Below, piece by piece: positions 1-11,605 of a stretch of 61,715 nt of DNA. The stretch is from Clostridia bacterium (GTDB lineage: Bacteria > Bacillota > Clostridia > TANB77 > CAG-508). The position numbers and the translations under genes were made by a program. Location of the stretch: the NCBI GenBank assembly GCA_017479865.1, contig JAFVBS010000020.1, positions 1 through 61,715 of the forward strand. Reading direction: 5' to 3'. Below the pieces are notes generated by a model. It worked only from the letters and a program-made list of their open reading frames with translations, searched no databases and had not been told where the DNA came from. How positions within the stretch are numbered: the first letter of the stretch is position 1; each line of letters begins with the position of its first letter.

Positions 1-504
1 AGTATTACCGTAGAAGATGCAAATAAAATACAACCATATAAGCCAAATGCATTTGCAACCCATACATATAAAAAAGAAGAAGATGGCTATATTTATTATG
101 ATGGAACAAAAGGGTCAGGAAACTATACAACATTTAATTATAATGATGAAACCAGTAAAACATGGAAAAGCTTAGCAAAAGGGGAAAGCGTAGTAATGCC
201 ACAATCAGCTTACAACTATACTATCGGAACGACAAAAAATGGACAAAAAATGTTAAGCTATAAAGCTGATGGAAGCACAAACGCAAGCTACTGGCTTGCT
301 TCGCGCGCTGTGAACTGCTATAGTTACGGCAGTGTGGACTTCGATATGCGCAATGTGTATGGTGGCTACGTGCTCAGCAGCCGTTTGTACTATTCTTATG
401 GCAGCGCGTACGGCAACTCCCGCGGTGTCCGCCCCGTAGTTTCTCTAGAGTCTGGAGTCCAATTAACCGAAAAGGTTGGAGACACATGGAACCTTGGCAA
501 ATAA
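1..504 (+). CDS. C-terminal part of a CLec-fold (DUF6273-like) protein, probable DGR target; 5' end lies outside the window
   Basis: Frame 1 is open from base 1 (SITVEDANK...) to TAA at 504; the C-terminus has the YWLASR...GVRPVVSL pattern typical of DGR target domains. Confidence 0.75.
   Translation, partial: SITVEDANKIQPYKPNAFATHTYKKEEDGYIYYDGTKGSGNYTTFNYNDETSKTWKSLAKGESVVMPQSAYNYTIGTTKNGQKMLSYKADGSTNASYWLASRAVNCYSYGSVDFDMRNVYGGYVLSSRLYYSYGSAYGNSRGVRPVVSLESGVQLTEKVGDTWNLGK
289..447 (+). other. Putative DGR variable repeat (VR)
   Basis: GC-richer block between YWLAS and RPVVSL, with many NNC/NNT codons (tac, aac, ggc, agc, gac, tat, aat) compatible with mutated AAY template codons, unlike the AT-rich rest of the gene. 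Confidence 0.65.
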
Positions 505-602
505 ATTGACATAAAACATAAAAAAGAATAAATTTGTCAGAAAGACATGAAACGAAATACCAAAGACGAAAGAAAAACGTGAGGAAACAAGAAACGAAAA
601 GT

Positions 603-631
603 TTGACATATTATGTAAAATGAGGTATAAT
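603..631 (+). promoter_or_regulatory. SigA promoter with palindrome ACATA-T-TATGT overlapping the -35 box
   Basis: TTGACA-17 nt-TATAAT; GACATATTATGTAAAA is repeated exactly at 1625-1640. Confidence 0.75.
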
Positions 632-676
632 AATAAGTATCTAATATGTTTTCATTATAATTGGAGGAAAAACAAC

Positions 677-1546
677 ATGAAGGTAGGCATCAATTATGTT
701 TCTTCAATTTCGAAGGGGCTAACACAAAAACTGGTTAACACGGGAGTCATCGATGTGCTCAAATTTCCTGGAGTACGGTGCAACGAAGAAGAAAAATTTC
801 TTTTTTTAAGAGATTTTCCTTCGAAAGCTCAGGCAGATATCCATGGATTACTTCATTTCAATCCTGCATGGAATATGCCAAACATTGCTCAGAGTACGTC
901 ACAAGTGGAGAACTTACCATTATTTACCCAAACGGGTGCCAAGGAGTTTAGCACTCACATTGCACAATTTCCGGGAGAAGCTGGAGATCCTTTCAAAAAC
1001 TTTGAGGAGAACCTTAAAACGATGAGAAAGCTTCTTCCTGGCATACGATTAGGAGGAGAAAATGTATTCTCTATGGTAGGCGCTTCTGGAGAAGCACAAT
1101 ACACCACTCTTCAAACTTCAAAGCCTGCATTTATTAATGAAATGTGGAGAAGGTTGGATTTTGCAGTTTTTGACATTGCACATGCCAAAATTGCAGCAAA
1201 AGACCAAAAAATGACATTTTGGGAGTACTTGCAAGCTCTAGAAAAAGAAAAAGTGGAAATTATCCACATTACCGGCAGTGGAATGGAGTGCAATTATGAT
1301 ATTTGTACTTCACACGATGCAGATCCACACACTCCATGTCAATTAAAGGAATTTGAGGAGCTGATTGCAGTACTTCCGTACTTTCCCAACGTGAGGTTGG
1401 TCATTAGTGAACTGGCATATAGCCTGCAAGAGGGAAAAAGAATTCCGGTGAAAGAGGTGGATTATGAGAGAGAAGCAAAAGCCTTATCACTCGCGGTGAA
1501 AACCAGAAATGTGCAAACCTTAAGAAAACTTTTTGAAGAGACCTAA
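677..1546 (+). CDS. Metal-dependent TIM-barrel protein, DUF692/MNIO-like (xylose-isomerase-like fold)
   Basis: GGAGG RBS before ATG 677; ordered metal-ligand motifs IHG, STH, GENV, FDIAHA, IHITG, DPH, ISE. Confidence 0.55.
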   Translation: MKVGINYVSSISKGLTQKLVNTGVIDVLKFPGVRCNEEEKFLFLRDFPSKAQADIHGLLHFNPAWNMPNIAQSTSQVENLPLFTQTGAKEFSTHIAQFPGEAGDPFKNFEENLKTMRKLLPGIRLGGENVFSMVGASGEAQYTTLQTSKPAFINEMWRRLDFAVFDIAHAKIAAKDQKMTFWEYLQALEKEKVEIIHITGSGMECNYDICTSHDADPHTPCQLKEFEELIAVLPYFPNVRLVISELAYSLQEGKRIPVKEVDYEREAKALSLAVKTRNVQTLRKLFEET

Positions 1547-1622
1547 AGCAAACTCCAAACAGCTACATTTTAATAATGTGGCTGTTTTAATATGTGGTAG
1601 CTGGGCTTTATGAAGAAAAACC

Positions 1623-1651
1623 TAGACATATTATGTAAAACATGATATAAT
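1623..1651 (+). promoter_or_regulatory. SigA-type promoter, paralog of 603-631
   Basis: TAGACA-17 nt-TATAAT with the same ACATATTATGT palindrome. Confidence 0.7.
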
Positions 1652-1700
1652 CATGGTACGGTCTAATGACCACATTATATTTACAGGGAGGAATAACATC

Positions 1701-1826
1701 ATGAAGAAGACAATTATTGCACTTTCCCTTGTAGCCCTGGGAAGCCTTGGAACTATGGCTACTCTATTTGCCATTTACAGGGCAGTGGAACGCTCTGAAT
1801 ATCGAAATTATGGCGATAGGGACTAA
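1701..1826 (+). CDS. 41-aa membrane or secreted peptide (MKKTIIALSLVALGSLGTMATLFAIYRAVERSEYRNYGDRD), not in the ORF track
   Basis: GGGAGGA RBS, its own promoter, hydrophobic N-terminal segment, downstream terminator. Confidence 0.65.
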   Translation: MKKTIIALSLVALGSLGTMATLFAIYRAVERSEYRNYGDRD

Positions 1827-1864
1827 TTTTTAGAAGGTTCCGCTTTCTTGGAGTAAAAGCCAGT

Positions 1865-1904
1865 AAGAAATCCAGCTCTTATTTGAGTTGGATTTCTTGC
1901 TTTT
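1865..1904 (+). terminator. Intrinsic terminator
   Basis: AAGAAATCCAGCTC / GAGTTGGATTTCTT stem followed by a T-rich tail. Confidence 0.7.
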
Positions 1905-1930
1905 ATATAAAATGAATTCATTGAAAAAAT

Positions 1931-1959
1931 GCATAAATTTCCACTCTTTGGAGAAAATA
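1931..1959 (+). promoter_or_regulatory. Possible forespore SigF/SigG-type promoter
   Basis: GCATA...GGAGAAAATA resembles the SigF/SigG consensus. Confidence 0.45.
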
Positions 1960-1994
1960 TGGTTACATATTAAAACAAGGAGTGGAGTTTTTTC

Positions 1995-4900
1995 ATGGAA
2001 TATAAAGTTTTAAAAATAAATGGAGCGATTTTAAGTCAAAATGAATTAGAAACCTACTTGCAAAAAGTAGCTTCAGACCATAGTCTGCAAAATAAATCAA
2101 ATAAAAACACATATCCAATTCCTCGCTTAAAAGAAAATTTTGAGCTCATTACCGATGTTTATCACATGTTAAATGAGCATATTAAATTAAATATTCCCAT
2201 TCACCCAGCAGGGGAATGGATTTTAGACAATTACTATGTTATTGAAGAAAACGTCAAAGCAATTAAAAACGATTTAACGTTAAAAAAATATACGCACTTT
2301 TTAGGAATTCAAAACGGAATAGAAAGTGGATTTGCAAGAAGCTATGTATTAGCCAGTGAAATTGTTAATTATACTGACAATAAAATTGACAATAAGAATT
2401 TAAAAAAATTGTTGCAAGCCTATCAAACAAAAAAAACACTGAGTATGGAAGAAATTTGGAATATTAGTACTTTTCTACAAATTGCACTGATTGAAAACAT
2501 CAGACAAATTTGTGAAAAAATTTATGGTTCTCAAATGCAAAAATACAAAGTGGAAAACATAATGGAACGCTTGGTAGAGCATAAAGAAAATTTACAATTT
2601 ACGCATTTACATGAATATCAAGGAAAAATCAAACAAGCCGCATCGATGAAATATGCTTTTATTGAGTACTTATCCTATCGCCTCAAAAAATATGGCAGAA
2701 AGGCTTATCCTTTTCTTAATATTTTAGAAGAACAAGTGAACAGGATGGGTATGACAGTAGACGAAGTCATTGAAAAAGAACATTTTGATATTGCACTTCG
2801 CAAAATTTCTATGGGAAATGCCATTACTAGCATTAAAACATTAAACAGAATGAGCATGGTGGATATTTTTGAAGAGATTAATGGCGTGGAGGAAACCTTA
2901 AAACAGGATCCAGCAGGCATCTATGAAAAAATGGATTATCAAACAAAGGTAGAATACAGAAATATTATTAAACAGCTCTCTCAAAAAACAAACCTATCAG
3001 AAATTTATATTGCTAAAAAGTGCTTGCAATTAGGAAAAGACAAAACAGGAAAAAAAAGCACATATTGGCTATTACCTAATGGACCAAGGAAAGCAAGAAC
3101 TATATGAATTGCTGACAGGAAAAAAGCAAAAGGAGCTTTCTTATGATGCAAAAGCAAAGCTATATGTTGGTGTAATTAGTTTTTTTACTGTGCTTACAAC
3201 AAGCCTCATTTCAATCAAAATTTACCAAAAAACTACTTCTGCCTCCTTAGCTATTTTGCTATGGCTCCTATTGCTCATTCCGACCCAAACCATATGGGTA
3301 CAAATTATTCAGGCTGTTTTAGGCAAATTGGTAAAACCAAAAAAAATACCAAAATTGGACATGCAAGATGGTATTCCGGAACAATATGCCACTTTTGTGG
3401 TAATTCCTACTATCTTAAAGAGCAAAGAAAAAGTAGAAGAGCTCATGAAAAAATTAGAGGTATACTCCTATGCTAACCAAAGCGAAAACCTTTATTTTGC
3501 ACTTTTGGGAGATTGCTCTAGTGGAAAAAACGAAAAAGAACCATTTGATGAAGAGGTAGTGGCTAGCGGTTTGAGAATGGCAGAGCAATTAAACAAAAAG
3601 CATCCTAATGAAGTATTTCCTAAGTTTCATTTTTGTTATCGCAAAAGAACATGGAATGCAAAAGAAGAATGTTATTTAGGTTGGGAACGTAAAAGAGGAC
3701 TTTTAAATCAGTGGAATGAATACTTATTAGGAAATGAAAAAAATGAGTTTTTAGTCAATACTGTAGAAAATTGGAAGCAAAAAGACGGAACAATTCCACA
3801 CATTCAATACATTATTACTTTAGATGCTGATACTGACCTTACCCTAAATTCTGGCCTAGAACTAGTGGGAGCCATGGCTCATATTTTAAATACGCCGGTA
3901 TTAAATGAGGGAAAGGACTGCGTGATTGATGGACATGCTTTATTGCAGCCAAGAATAGGAATTGATTTAATGACAGTATTACAAACTCCTTTTACCACCT
4001 TATATGCGGGTGCAGGGGGAAAGGATGCCTATACCAATGCCATTTCAGACACCTATCAAGACAATTTTAATGAAGGAATTTTTACAGGAAAAGGCATTTA
4101 TGATTTAGCAATTTTTTCAACAGTGCTAGGAAAAGAAATTCCTGAAAATACTGTTTTAAGTCATGACTTATTAGAGGGAAATTATTTAAGGGCAGGACTT
4201 GCCACAGATATTATGCTCATGGATGGTTATCCTGCAGGTTATAGTAGCTTTAAAACAAGGCAGCATCGATGGATTCGTGGTGATTGGCAAATTATTGGGT
4301 GGCTGAAGGGGAGCATAAAAAACAAAGAGGGAATTCAAAAACAAAATCCTTTAAACTTTCTTTCAAAATATAAAATATGGGATAACTTAGTAAGAAGCTT
4401 GCAAGAACCAATGATGATTATTAGCTTCATTGTAGTGAGTCTCATTTGTGCTACAATCAAAGCAAATTTGATTGGTGCCTTTGCATGGCTCTTGCTATCA
4501 GCGATTATACCAAGTCTTTTAGAATTAGTGATGCGCATGCTTTTTCGTAAAGAGGAAGAGACAGCCCAAAAAACATTTACCAAAACTATATCAGGGGTTA
4601 GAGCAAGTATTATTAGGGCTGTATTAGCCATTGGAACATTACCAGATAAAGCCTATATGAGCCTTAATGCTTGTGTGAAAACCTTATATCGCATTTTAGT
4701 GAGTAAAAAGCATTTTTTAGAGTGGATGACGGCAGAAGAGGCTGAAAAAACAGCAAAAAAAGATATAATGTCATATTATTTCAACATGCTTTCTAATGTT
4801 ATCATCAGTATTTTTGCTTTTCTACTTTTGTGGTTCCTTCCACAAAGGGGATTGCAAATTTTGTTAATAGCACTTGCCATTTTATGGCTTGCTACCCCTG

Positions 4901-7900
4901 CTATTCTTTGCCAAATAAGTAAAAAAGCAAAAGCCGTATCTTCCTTAGAAAAACTATCAGAAAAAGATAAGCAGTATTTATTAGAAGCAGGAAAACGCAC
5001 ATGGCAATATTTTAAGGACTTTTTAATTGAGGAAAATCACTATTTACCTCCTGATAATTATCAAGAAGACAGAAGACCAAAAATAGTTGCTAGAACTTCC
5101 TCTACTAATATTGGACTAGGTCTATTAAGTGTTATTTCAAGTTATGACTTAGGCTATGAAACTTTAGAAGATACTTGTGCTTTGCTTCAAAACATGCTAC
5201 AAACAATTGAGAGCCTTCCAAAATGGAATGGACATTTATATAACTGGTATGATTTAGTTACTTTACAACCTTTGAAGCCAAGATATGTTTCATCAGTGGA
5301 TAGTGGAAACTTTGTAGGCTATTTATATGTGGTGAAACAATTTTTAGAGGAGCTACCAAATGAAAAAAGGATGGACCTAGAATTAGAAAACGTAGAAAAA
5401 ATTATTCAGTCTACTGACTTTTCTACCTTATATGATGAAGAAAACAGGCTATTTTCAATCGGATTTAATGTGGAGGAAAATGCTTTAACTGACTCTTATT
5501 ATGACCTACTTGCATCTGAAGCGAGACAAGCAAGTTTGGTGGCGATTGCGAAAAAAGACATTTCTAGCAAGCATTGGAGCAACCTAAGTAGAACACTCAC
5601 CATTTTAAATCAATATAAAGGGCTTGTTTCATGGTCTGGAACTGCTTTTGAATATTTTATGCCAAATATCAACATTCCAAAATATCCTGGAAGTTTGTTA
5701 GCAGAATCGTGCTGCTTTATGCTCATGAGTCAAAAAGAGTATGCTAAAAAATTAAACATTCCATGGGGCATTTCAGAATCAGCCTTTTATTTAAAGGATT
5801 TGAATAATAACTATCAATACAAGGCTTTCGGCATTCCATGGTTAGGGTTAAAAAGAGGCTTATCAGATGAGATTGTGGTGTCATCTTATGCCAGTAGCTT
5901 GGCACTTCCAGACATTCCACAAGAGGTAGTTCAAAATTTAAAAGAACTACAAAAAAGAGGAATGTATCAAAAATATGGATTTTATGAGGCAATTGACTAT
6001 ACTCCTACCAGAGTAAGAAAGGGAAAGGAGTATGAGCTTGTCAAAACCTATATGGCACATCATGAGGCTTTAATATTGCTTTCCATTAATAATCTATTTC
6101 ATGACAATGTTTTGCAAAAACGATTTATGCAAAACCCCGAAATGCAAGCAATACAAATTTTATTGCAAGAAAAAATGCCAGAAAACATCATCATTACGAA
6201 AGAAGAGAAAGAAAAAGTAGAAAAGATGAAATATGTGGATTATGAAAGCTATACCCAAAGGGAAATTACTAAATTAGATAACCCATTACCACAAATCAAC
6301 GTCATTGCCAATGGAGAGTACACCATCGTGATGGATAGTAAAGGACTGGGGTATAGCAAATATGGCAATATTTATCTTAACCGATATAAACCAACGAGCA
6401 ATGTAGAGCAGGGAATTTTCTTCTTTTTTAAAAATATTAAAACAAAACGAACTTGGGCATCAAATCATATGAGTTATTTGGCACCAGCTGACAAATACAC
6501 TATGTACTTTACTCCTGACATGCATAAAATTGTCAGACAGGACGGTAATATCGAAACAACAACTAAAATTAGCATTAGCCCTGATGAACCGGTTGAGATT
6601 CGAAAAATTGAAATGATGAACCATGGCATTGAAGAAGAAACAATTGAAGTTACAAGCTTTTTGGAACCTATTTTATCAACTCCAAATCAAGACTATGCCC
6701 ATCCTGCTTTTAATAATTTATTTTTAAATATGGAATGGATTGACGAGAAAAATATCATGTTACTCACTAAAAGGAAAAGAAGTTGTTCGGCCCCAGAAAT
6801 CTGTGCGGCAGTTAGTTTTTATACAGAAAATGAGACAATAGGAGAATTAGAGTATGAAATTGATAAAGAAAAGTTTCAGGGAAGAAATAGTTTAAACCTT
6901 CCAAAAGCAGTCGAAAATTCTACTCCTTTTAGCAAACAAACAGAGCTTACGACTGACCCCATTGTAAGTTTTAAGCGCACGGTGGTATTAAAACCAGAGC
7001 AAAAGGTAAGTTTTACTCTTTTATTGGCCGTAGGAACAAACAGACAAGAGGTGTTAAGCAATTTATCATCCTTTCAAAATCAGGAAAATATTGACCACAC
7101 CTTAGAACTATCCAAAGCAAAGGTGGAGGCGGAGAACCGCTATTTAGGGGTCAAGGGAAAAGAAATTGATACCTATCAAAAATTATTAGGATATTTACTC
7201 GTAGAAAATCCTTTTAAAGCACAAATGGCAAATGGACAGCTAATGCTTCCTGCAAGCGAGTTATGGAAATATGGAATTTCAGGAGACCTTCCCATTCTTC
7301 TTGTTTCAGTAAAAGAAGAAACAGATGTGGATGTAGTAACAGAGGTATTAAAAGCATATGAATATTTTCGTATTAAAAATATCAATATTGACTTAGTCAT
7401 CATCAATGAAGAGCAATATTCTTATGAAAGTTTGGCAAAAGAAGCAATTATGAATAGCATTTTCAATCAAAACTTGGGGTATTTACAAAATATTCAGGGG
7501 GGGATTTTTGTTCTAGAAAATTTAGAGGCAAAAGAAATTGATTTCTTAAAAGCAAGAGCCAACTTTATAGTACAAGCTCATGACGGAAGCCTTGCTCGAA
7601 ATTTAAAAGACCTTGAAGAAGAATATTTAGAAAATTATCGTGAAATGCCAAAGGACGAAATACCAAGGCGAGTGGAACTTGCTCCTTCTATGAGAGCAGA
7701 ATTGCCGAATCAAAATTTGAAATACTATAATGAATATGGAGGCTTTACAGAGGACGGCAAGGAATATCACATTCGTATTAACAAAGATAAAAAGTTGCCA
7801 ACTGTATGGAGCCATATATTAACCAATGGACAAATGGGAACCTTGGTTACCGAGAGCTTAGGAGGGTATACCTGGTATCAAAATAGTAGGCTAAATCGTT

Positions 7901-10113
7901 TGACAGCATGGAACAATGACCAAGTGCAAGACGTTCCTTCAGAGGTAATTTATCTAAAAGACGAGGAAACAAAAACGGTATGGTCCATGGGAGCAAGTCC
8001 TTGCCCTGATGAAAATGATTATGATATTATTTATGGCTTTGGATATGCCAAATACCAACACACTAGCAGAGGGTTAGGACAAAAGCTAGACATGTTTATT
8101 CCTGAAAAGGATAATGTCAAAGTACAAATTGTTCGATTAGAAAACAATGAGTTAAAAAAGAAAAAATTAAAATTGTATTATTATCTCAAACCGGTGATGG
8201 GAGATGACGAACTGCATTCAAAAGGATATTTGCAACTACAATATGACCAAAATTTAAATTTGCTTTGCTTGGAAAATCTTTCACAAGAAGAAAGTGAATA
8301 TTCACAGATAATGTTTGTTTCAAGCAGTGAAAAAATTACTTCTTATACAGGAAGTAAACAATCCTTTTTTGGAAGGGGCAATTTAAGTAATCCAGAGGGA
8401 GTTCACCAAATTAAATTGGATGGCGAAAATAGCTTATGGAAAGAAGGCGTCATTGCTGTAGAATGTGAGGTAACTTTAGAGGCCTTAGAGAGCAAAAATG
8501 TGATTTTTACTTTGGGAATAGGAAGTAACAAAATTGACTGCCAAGACCTAGCATATCAATATACCAACTTTAGCAATGTTTGGGAGAAATATGCAAAAAC
8601 TAAACAATATTGGAAAGAACAAATTGAAACATTACAAGTAACTACTCCTTTAGAGTCTACTAATTTATTACTCAATGGTTGGCTCATCTATCAAGTACTT
8701 GCTTCTAGAATACTAGGAAGAACAGGGTTTTATCAATCTGGTGGCGCTTTCGGCTTCCGTGACCAATTACAAGATACACTTGCGCTGAAATATTTTTCAC
8801 CAGAATGGATGAAAGAGCAAATTATTAGGGCAAGTAGACACCAATTTATTGAAGGAGATGTGCTCCATTGGTGGCACGAAGAAAGCAAAAGAGGAATTCG
8901 CACGAGGTTCTCTGATGATAGATTGTGGTTAGTATATTTAGTAGAAGACTATGTTTCATTCACAGGGGATAGCAGCATTTTGGACATTAAAACACCTTAT
9001 CTTGCGGGAGAACCGCTAGAAGAAGGAGTAGATGAAAAATATGATTTATATTTGCCATCAAATATAGAAGCTACCATTTATGAACATTGCAAAAAGGCAA
9101 TTGCAATTTCTTTGCAATTTGGAAAAAATGAACTCACTAAAATTGGTTCAGGGGACTGGAATGATGGATTTAGCACCGTGGGTAACCAAGGAAAAGGTGA
9201 AAGTGTGTGGTTAGGATTTTTCTTGTATGCCATTTTAGACAAATTCATTCCGCTTTGTCGTCAAAAAGGAGAAGAAGAAGTGGCACAGCAATATGCAGAA
9301 ATCATGGAAAAATTAAAGAAAGCATTAAACCACAATGGATGGGATGGCAGATGGTTCAAGCGTGCTTTTATGGACAATGGAGATATTTTAGGAAGCATTC
9401 AAAACGAAGAATGTAGAATTGACAGTATTGCACAAAGCTGGGCCACTATTTCAAGGGCAGGAGACAACGACAAAAAATATATTTCGATGGAAAGCTTAGA
9501 AAATCATTTGGTGGATACCACAAATGGCATTATCAAATTGTTAGACCCTCCTTTTGATAAAAGTAGCCTAGAGCCTGGCTATATTAAGGCATATGTGCCA
9601 GGAACCAGGGAAAATGGAGGACAATATACTCATGGCGCTATTTGGGCAGTCATTAGCGAAGCAATGCTAGGCTTTGGAGACAAAGCTGGGGAATACTACC
9701 GTATGATCAACCCAATTGAACACAGTAGAACCAAAGAAACTGCTAAAAAGTACAAGGTAGAACCATATGTTATTAGTGCTGATGTTTACGGACAAGGAAA
9801 TTTAGCGGGACGCGGTGGATGGACGTGGTATACTGGATCTGCCAGCTGGATGTATGAAGCGGGTATCAAATATCTGTTAGGGCTTCAAATTGAAAATAAA
9901 GCATTAAAAATTAATCCATGCATTCCAAGCACATGGAAGGAATACACCATGCGATACAAATGGAACAATACCATTTACCACATTCATGTCAGCAATCCAA
10001 ATGGAAAATGCACAGGCATTTCTAGTATGAAGGTAAATGGCAATGAAATAGCAAATCAGCAAGTTCCTTTAACAGAAAATGCAGGAGTATGTAATGTGGA
10101 AATTTTAATGTAA
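1995..10113 (+). CDS. Cyclic beta-1,2-glucan synthase (Cgs/NdvB type, GT84 plus GH94-like C-terminal phosphorylase), split by a +1 frameshift in the A8 run at 3050-3057
   Basis: Motifs HPAGEWILDNYY, GWERKRG, TLDADT, LSHDLLEG, RWIRGDWQ, YDLLASEAR, FYQSGGAFGFRDQLQD, GDWNDG, RENGGQYTH, WYTGSA; removing one A restores KKAHIGYYL across the junction. Confidence 0.9.
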
Positions 10114-10170
10114 AACTTTACCAATTAATATTGATTTTGTAATGAAAATAGGATTCAAAACCTATTTTAG

Positions 10171-10197
10171 GAGTGGTTTCGTCAGCCACTCTTTTTT
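10171..10197 (+). terminator. Intrinsic terminator of the cgs gene
   Basis: GAGTGG..CCACTC stem plus T6. Confidence 0.75.
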
Positions 10198-10212
10198 GTA
10201 TGAGATAAGTAA

Positions 10213-10290
10213 TAAAAAAGATATGTGCCGTCAAACACATATCAACTATCACACGAACTCATATGACCGAAAATGTCACTCGAGTTACTA
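10213..10290 (-). ncRNA. Candidate standalone small RNA of about 78 nt
   Basis: Minus-strand TTGACA-17-TATACT (10324-10296), an internal hairpin, then a GATATGTG/CACATATC terminator with T6; no ORF. Confidence 0.5.
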
Positions 10291-10430
10291 AATATAGTAT
10301 ACTATATTTTTAATTATATGTCAAATTCTATGAAAATATTTATAAAAATTTTTCCATTTCAATTTATTCATAAAATTTCCTCTTAGGACATATATATGAA
10401 CAAAAGGCCACAGAAGAGGAGGAAATCCTA

Positions 10431-11492
10431 TTGGAAAAAATACTTAGCCCAGAAGAAAGAGTGAAAAGAGCAGAGGAAATTTATTATCGAAGAAGAGAGA
10501 ATAACCAAAATATACGAGTCGCCAGTTCCCATGTGAATAGCGGACAAGAAAAAAGAGAATGGTCTCTTTATCGTAAAATGATTTTGCAAATTTTGATTTG
10601 TGTTGTCATTTATTTTGTCTTTTATGTTGTAAAAAATAATCATTACATATTTTCGCAAGATGTTGTGAATCAAACACAAGCATTTTTACAAACAGATATT
10701 AATTTTGAACAAGTAACAGAACAGCTTGGCAACTTTTGGAACGAAAATCAGCAGCATTTTCAATTTTTGAATACTTGGTTCAACAAGCAGGATGAAAACA
10801 AAGATGGCGCGAAAAATGAAGAACAGCAAAATAATACACAACAGAATAATGTAGAACACAATAACCAAGAGAATACAACGAATAATGCAAACCAGAATAA
10901 TGCAATAGAGAACGATACCAATGAGCAAAGCAACAATACAGAAACCAGCAACAATACTGCCAAAATGAATAATCAGGAAAATACCCAAGCAAATCAAGCA
11001 GTGGGTATGGGAGGAGCAAGTGATGAGAAAACAGCAGTAGCAACTTCTGCTGATGAAAGTAGTCAAAAAACACAAATGGAATTAGATGCAGAATATATCA
11101 AAAAAAATTTTAGTATGCAGTTGCCTGTCAAAGGAACCATTACATCACATTATGGGAAAAGACAGGCAACTGAAATTGTATCAGCTAATCATCAAGGAAT
11201 TGATATTGGGGTAGTAGTAGGAACTACTGTTGTGGCGAGTATGGAGGGAAAAGTGAGTGTTGTATCAGGCGAAGGAGAATACGGCACTCATGTAAAAATT
11301 GTTAATAAAGATGTGACCACCATTTATGCACATTGTAGTAAAATTTTGGTCAAGAAAGGCGAAACAGTGAAGAAAGGTCAAAAGATAGCTCTTTCAGGAA
11401 ATACTGGAAAAACAACAGGGCCACACTTACACTTTGAAATTCGCAGGAACGAAAGAACTGTCGACCCAGAATTAATTTTAAAATGGAATTGA
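10431..11492 (+). CDS. Membrane-anchored M23 peptidase (SpoIVFA-like position) with an N/Q-rich linker
   Basis: N-terminal TM helix; HQGIDI, YAH, TGPHLHFE motifs; upstream SigE-like CATA...CATATAT; adjacent to an M50 gene. Confidence 0.8.
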   Translation: MEKILSPEERVKRAEEIYYRRRENNQNIRVASSHVNSGQEKREWSLYRKMILQILICVVIYFVFYVVKNNHYIFSQDVVNQTQAFLQTDINFEQVTEQLGNFWNENQQHFQFLNTWFNKQDENKDGAKNEEQQNNTQQNNVEHNNQENTTNNANQNNAIENDTNEQSNNTETSNNTAKMNNQENTQANQAVGMGGASDEKTAVATSADESSQKTQMELDAEYIKKNFSMQLPVKGTITSHYGKRQATEIVSANHQGIDIGVVVGTTVVASMEGKVSVVSGEGEYGTHVKIVNKDVTTIYAHCSKILVKKGETVKKGQKIALSGNTGKTTGPHLHFEIRRNERTVDPELILKWN

Positions 11493-11501
11493 GTTTCAAC
11501 T

Positions 11502-11572
11502 AAGCTGTGTAAGATATTGTTTTCAAAGCGACTTAAGTTGAAGTAGGCCAAAAAACAATATTTTATCAGCTT
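11502..11572. repeat. Intergenic palindromic element, short member of family A
   Basis: Long imperfect inverted repeat; shares TTTCAAAGCGACTTAAG and arm sequences with 16066-16219. Confidence 0.65.
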
Positions 11573-11605
11573 CTGTATTAATTTATAATTAAAAGTAGGA
11601 GACCT

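Noticed and set aside
776-779. In-frame CGG (followed by T) in the DUF692-like gene as a third recoding site
   Set aside because: The ORF stays open in the same frame for about 255 more codons with intact motifs, so no shift is needed. It is a counter-example limiting the hypothesis to CGG-A or to native genes.
10790-11000. AAT/AAC/CAA-rich stretch as a DGR template repeat or tandem array
   Set aside because: It is the in-frame N/Q-rich linker of the M23 protein and does not align with the VR at 289-447.
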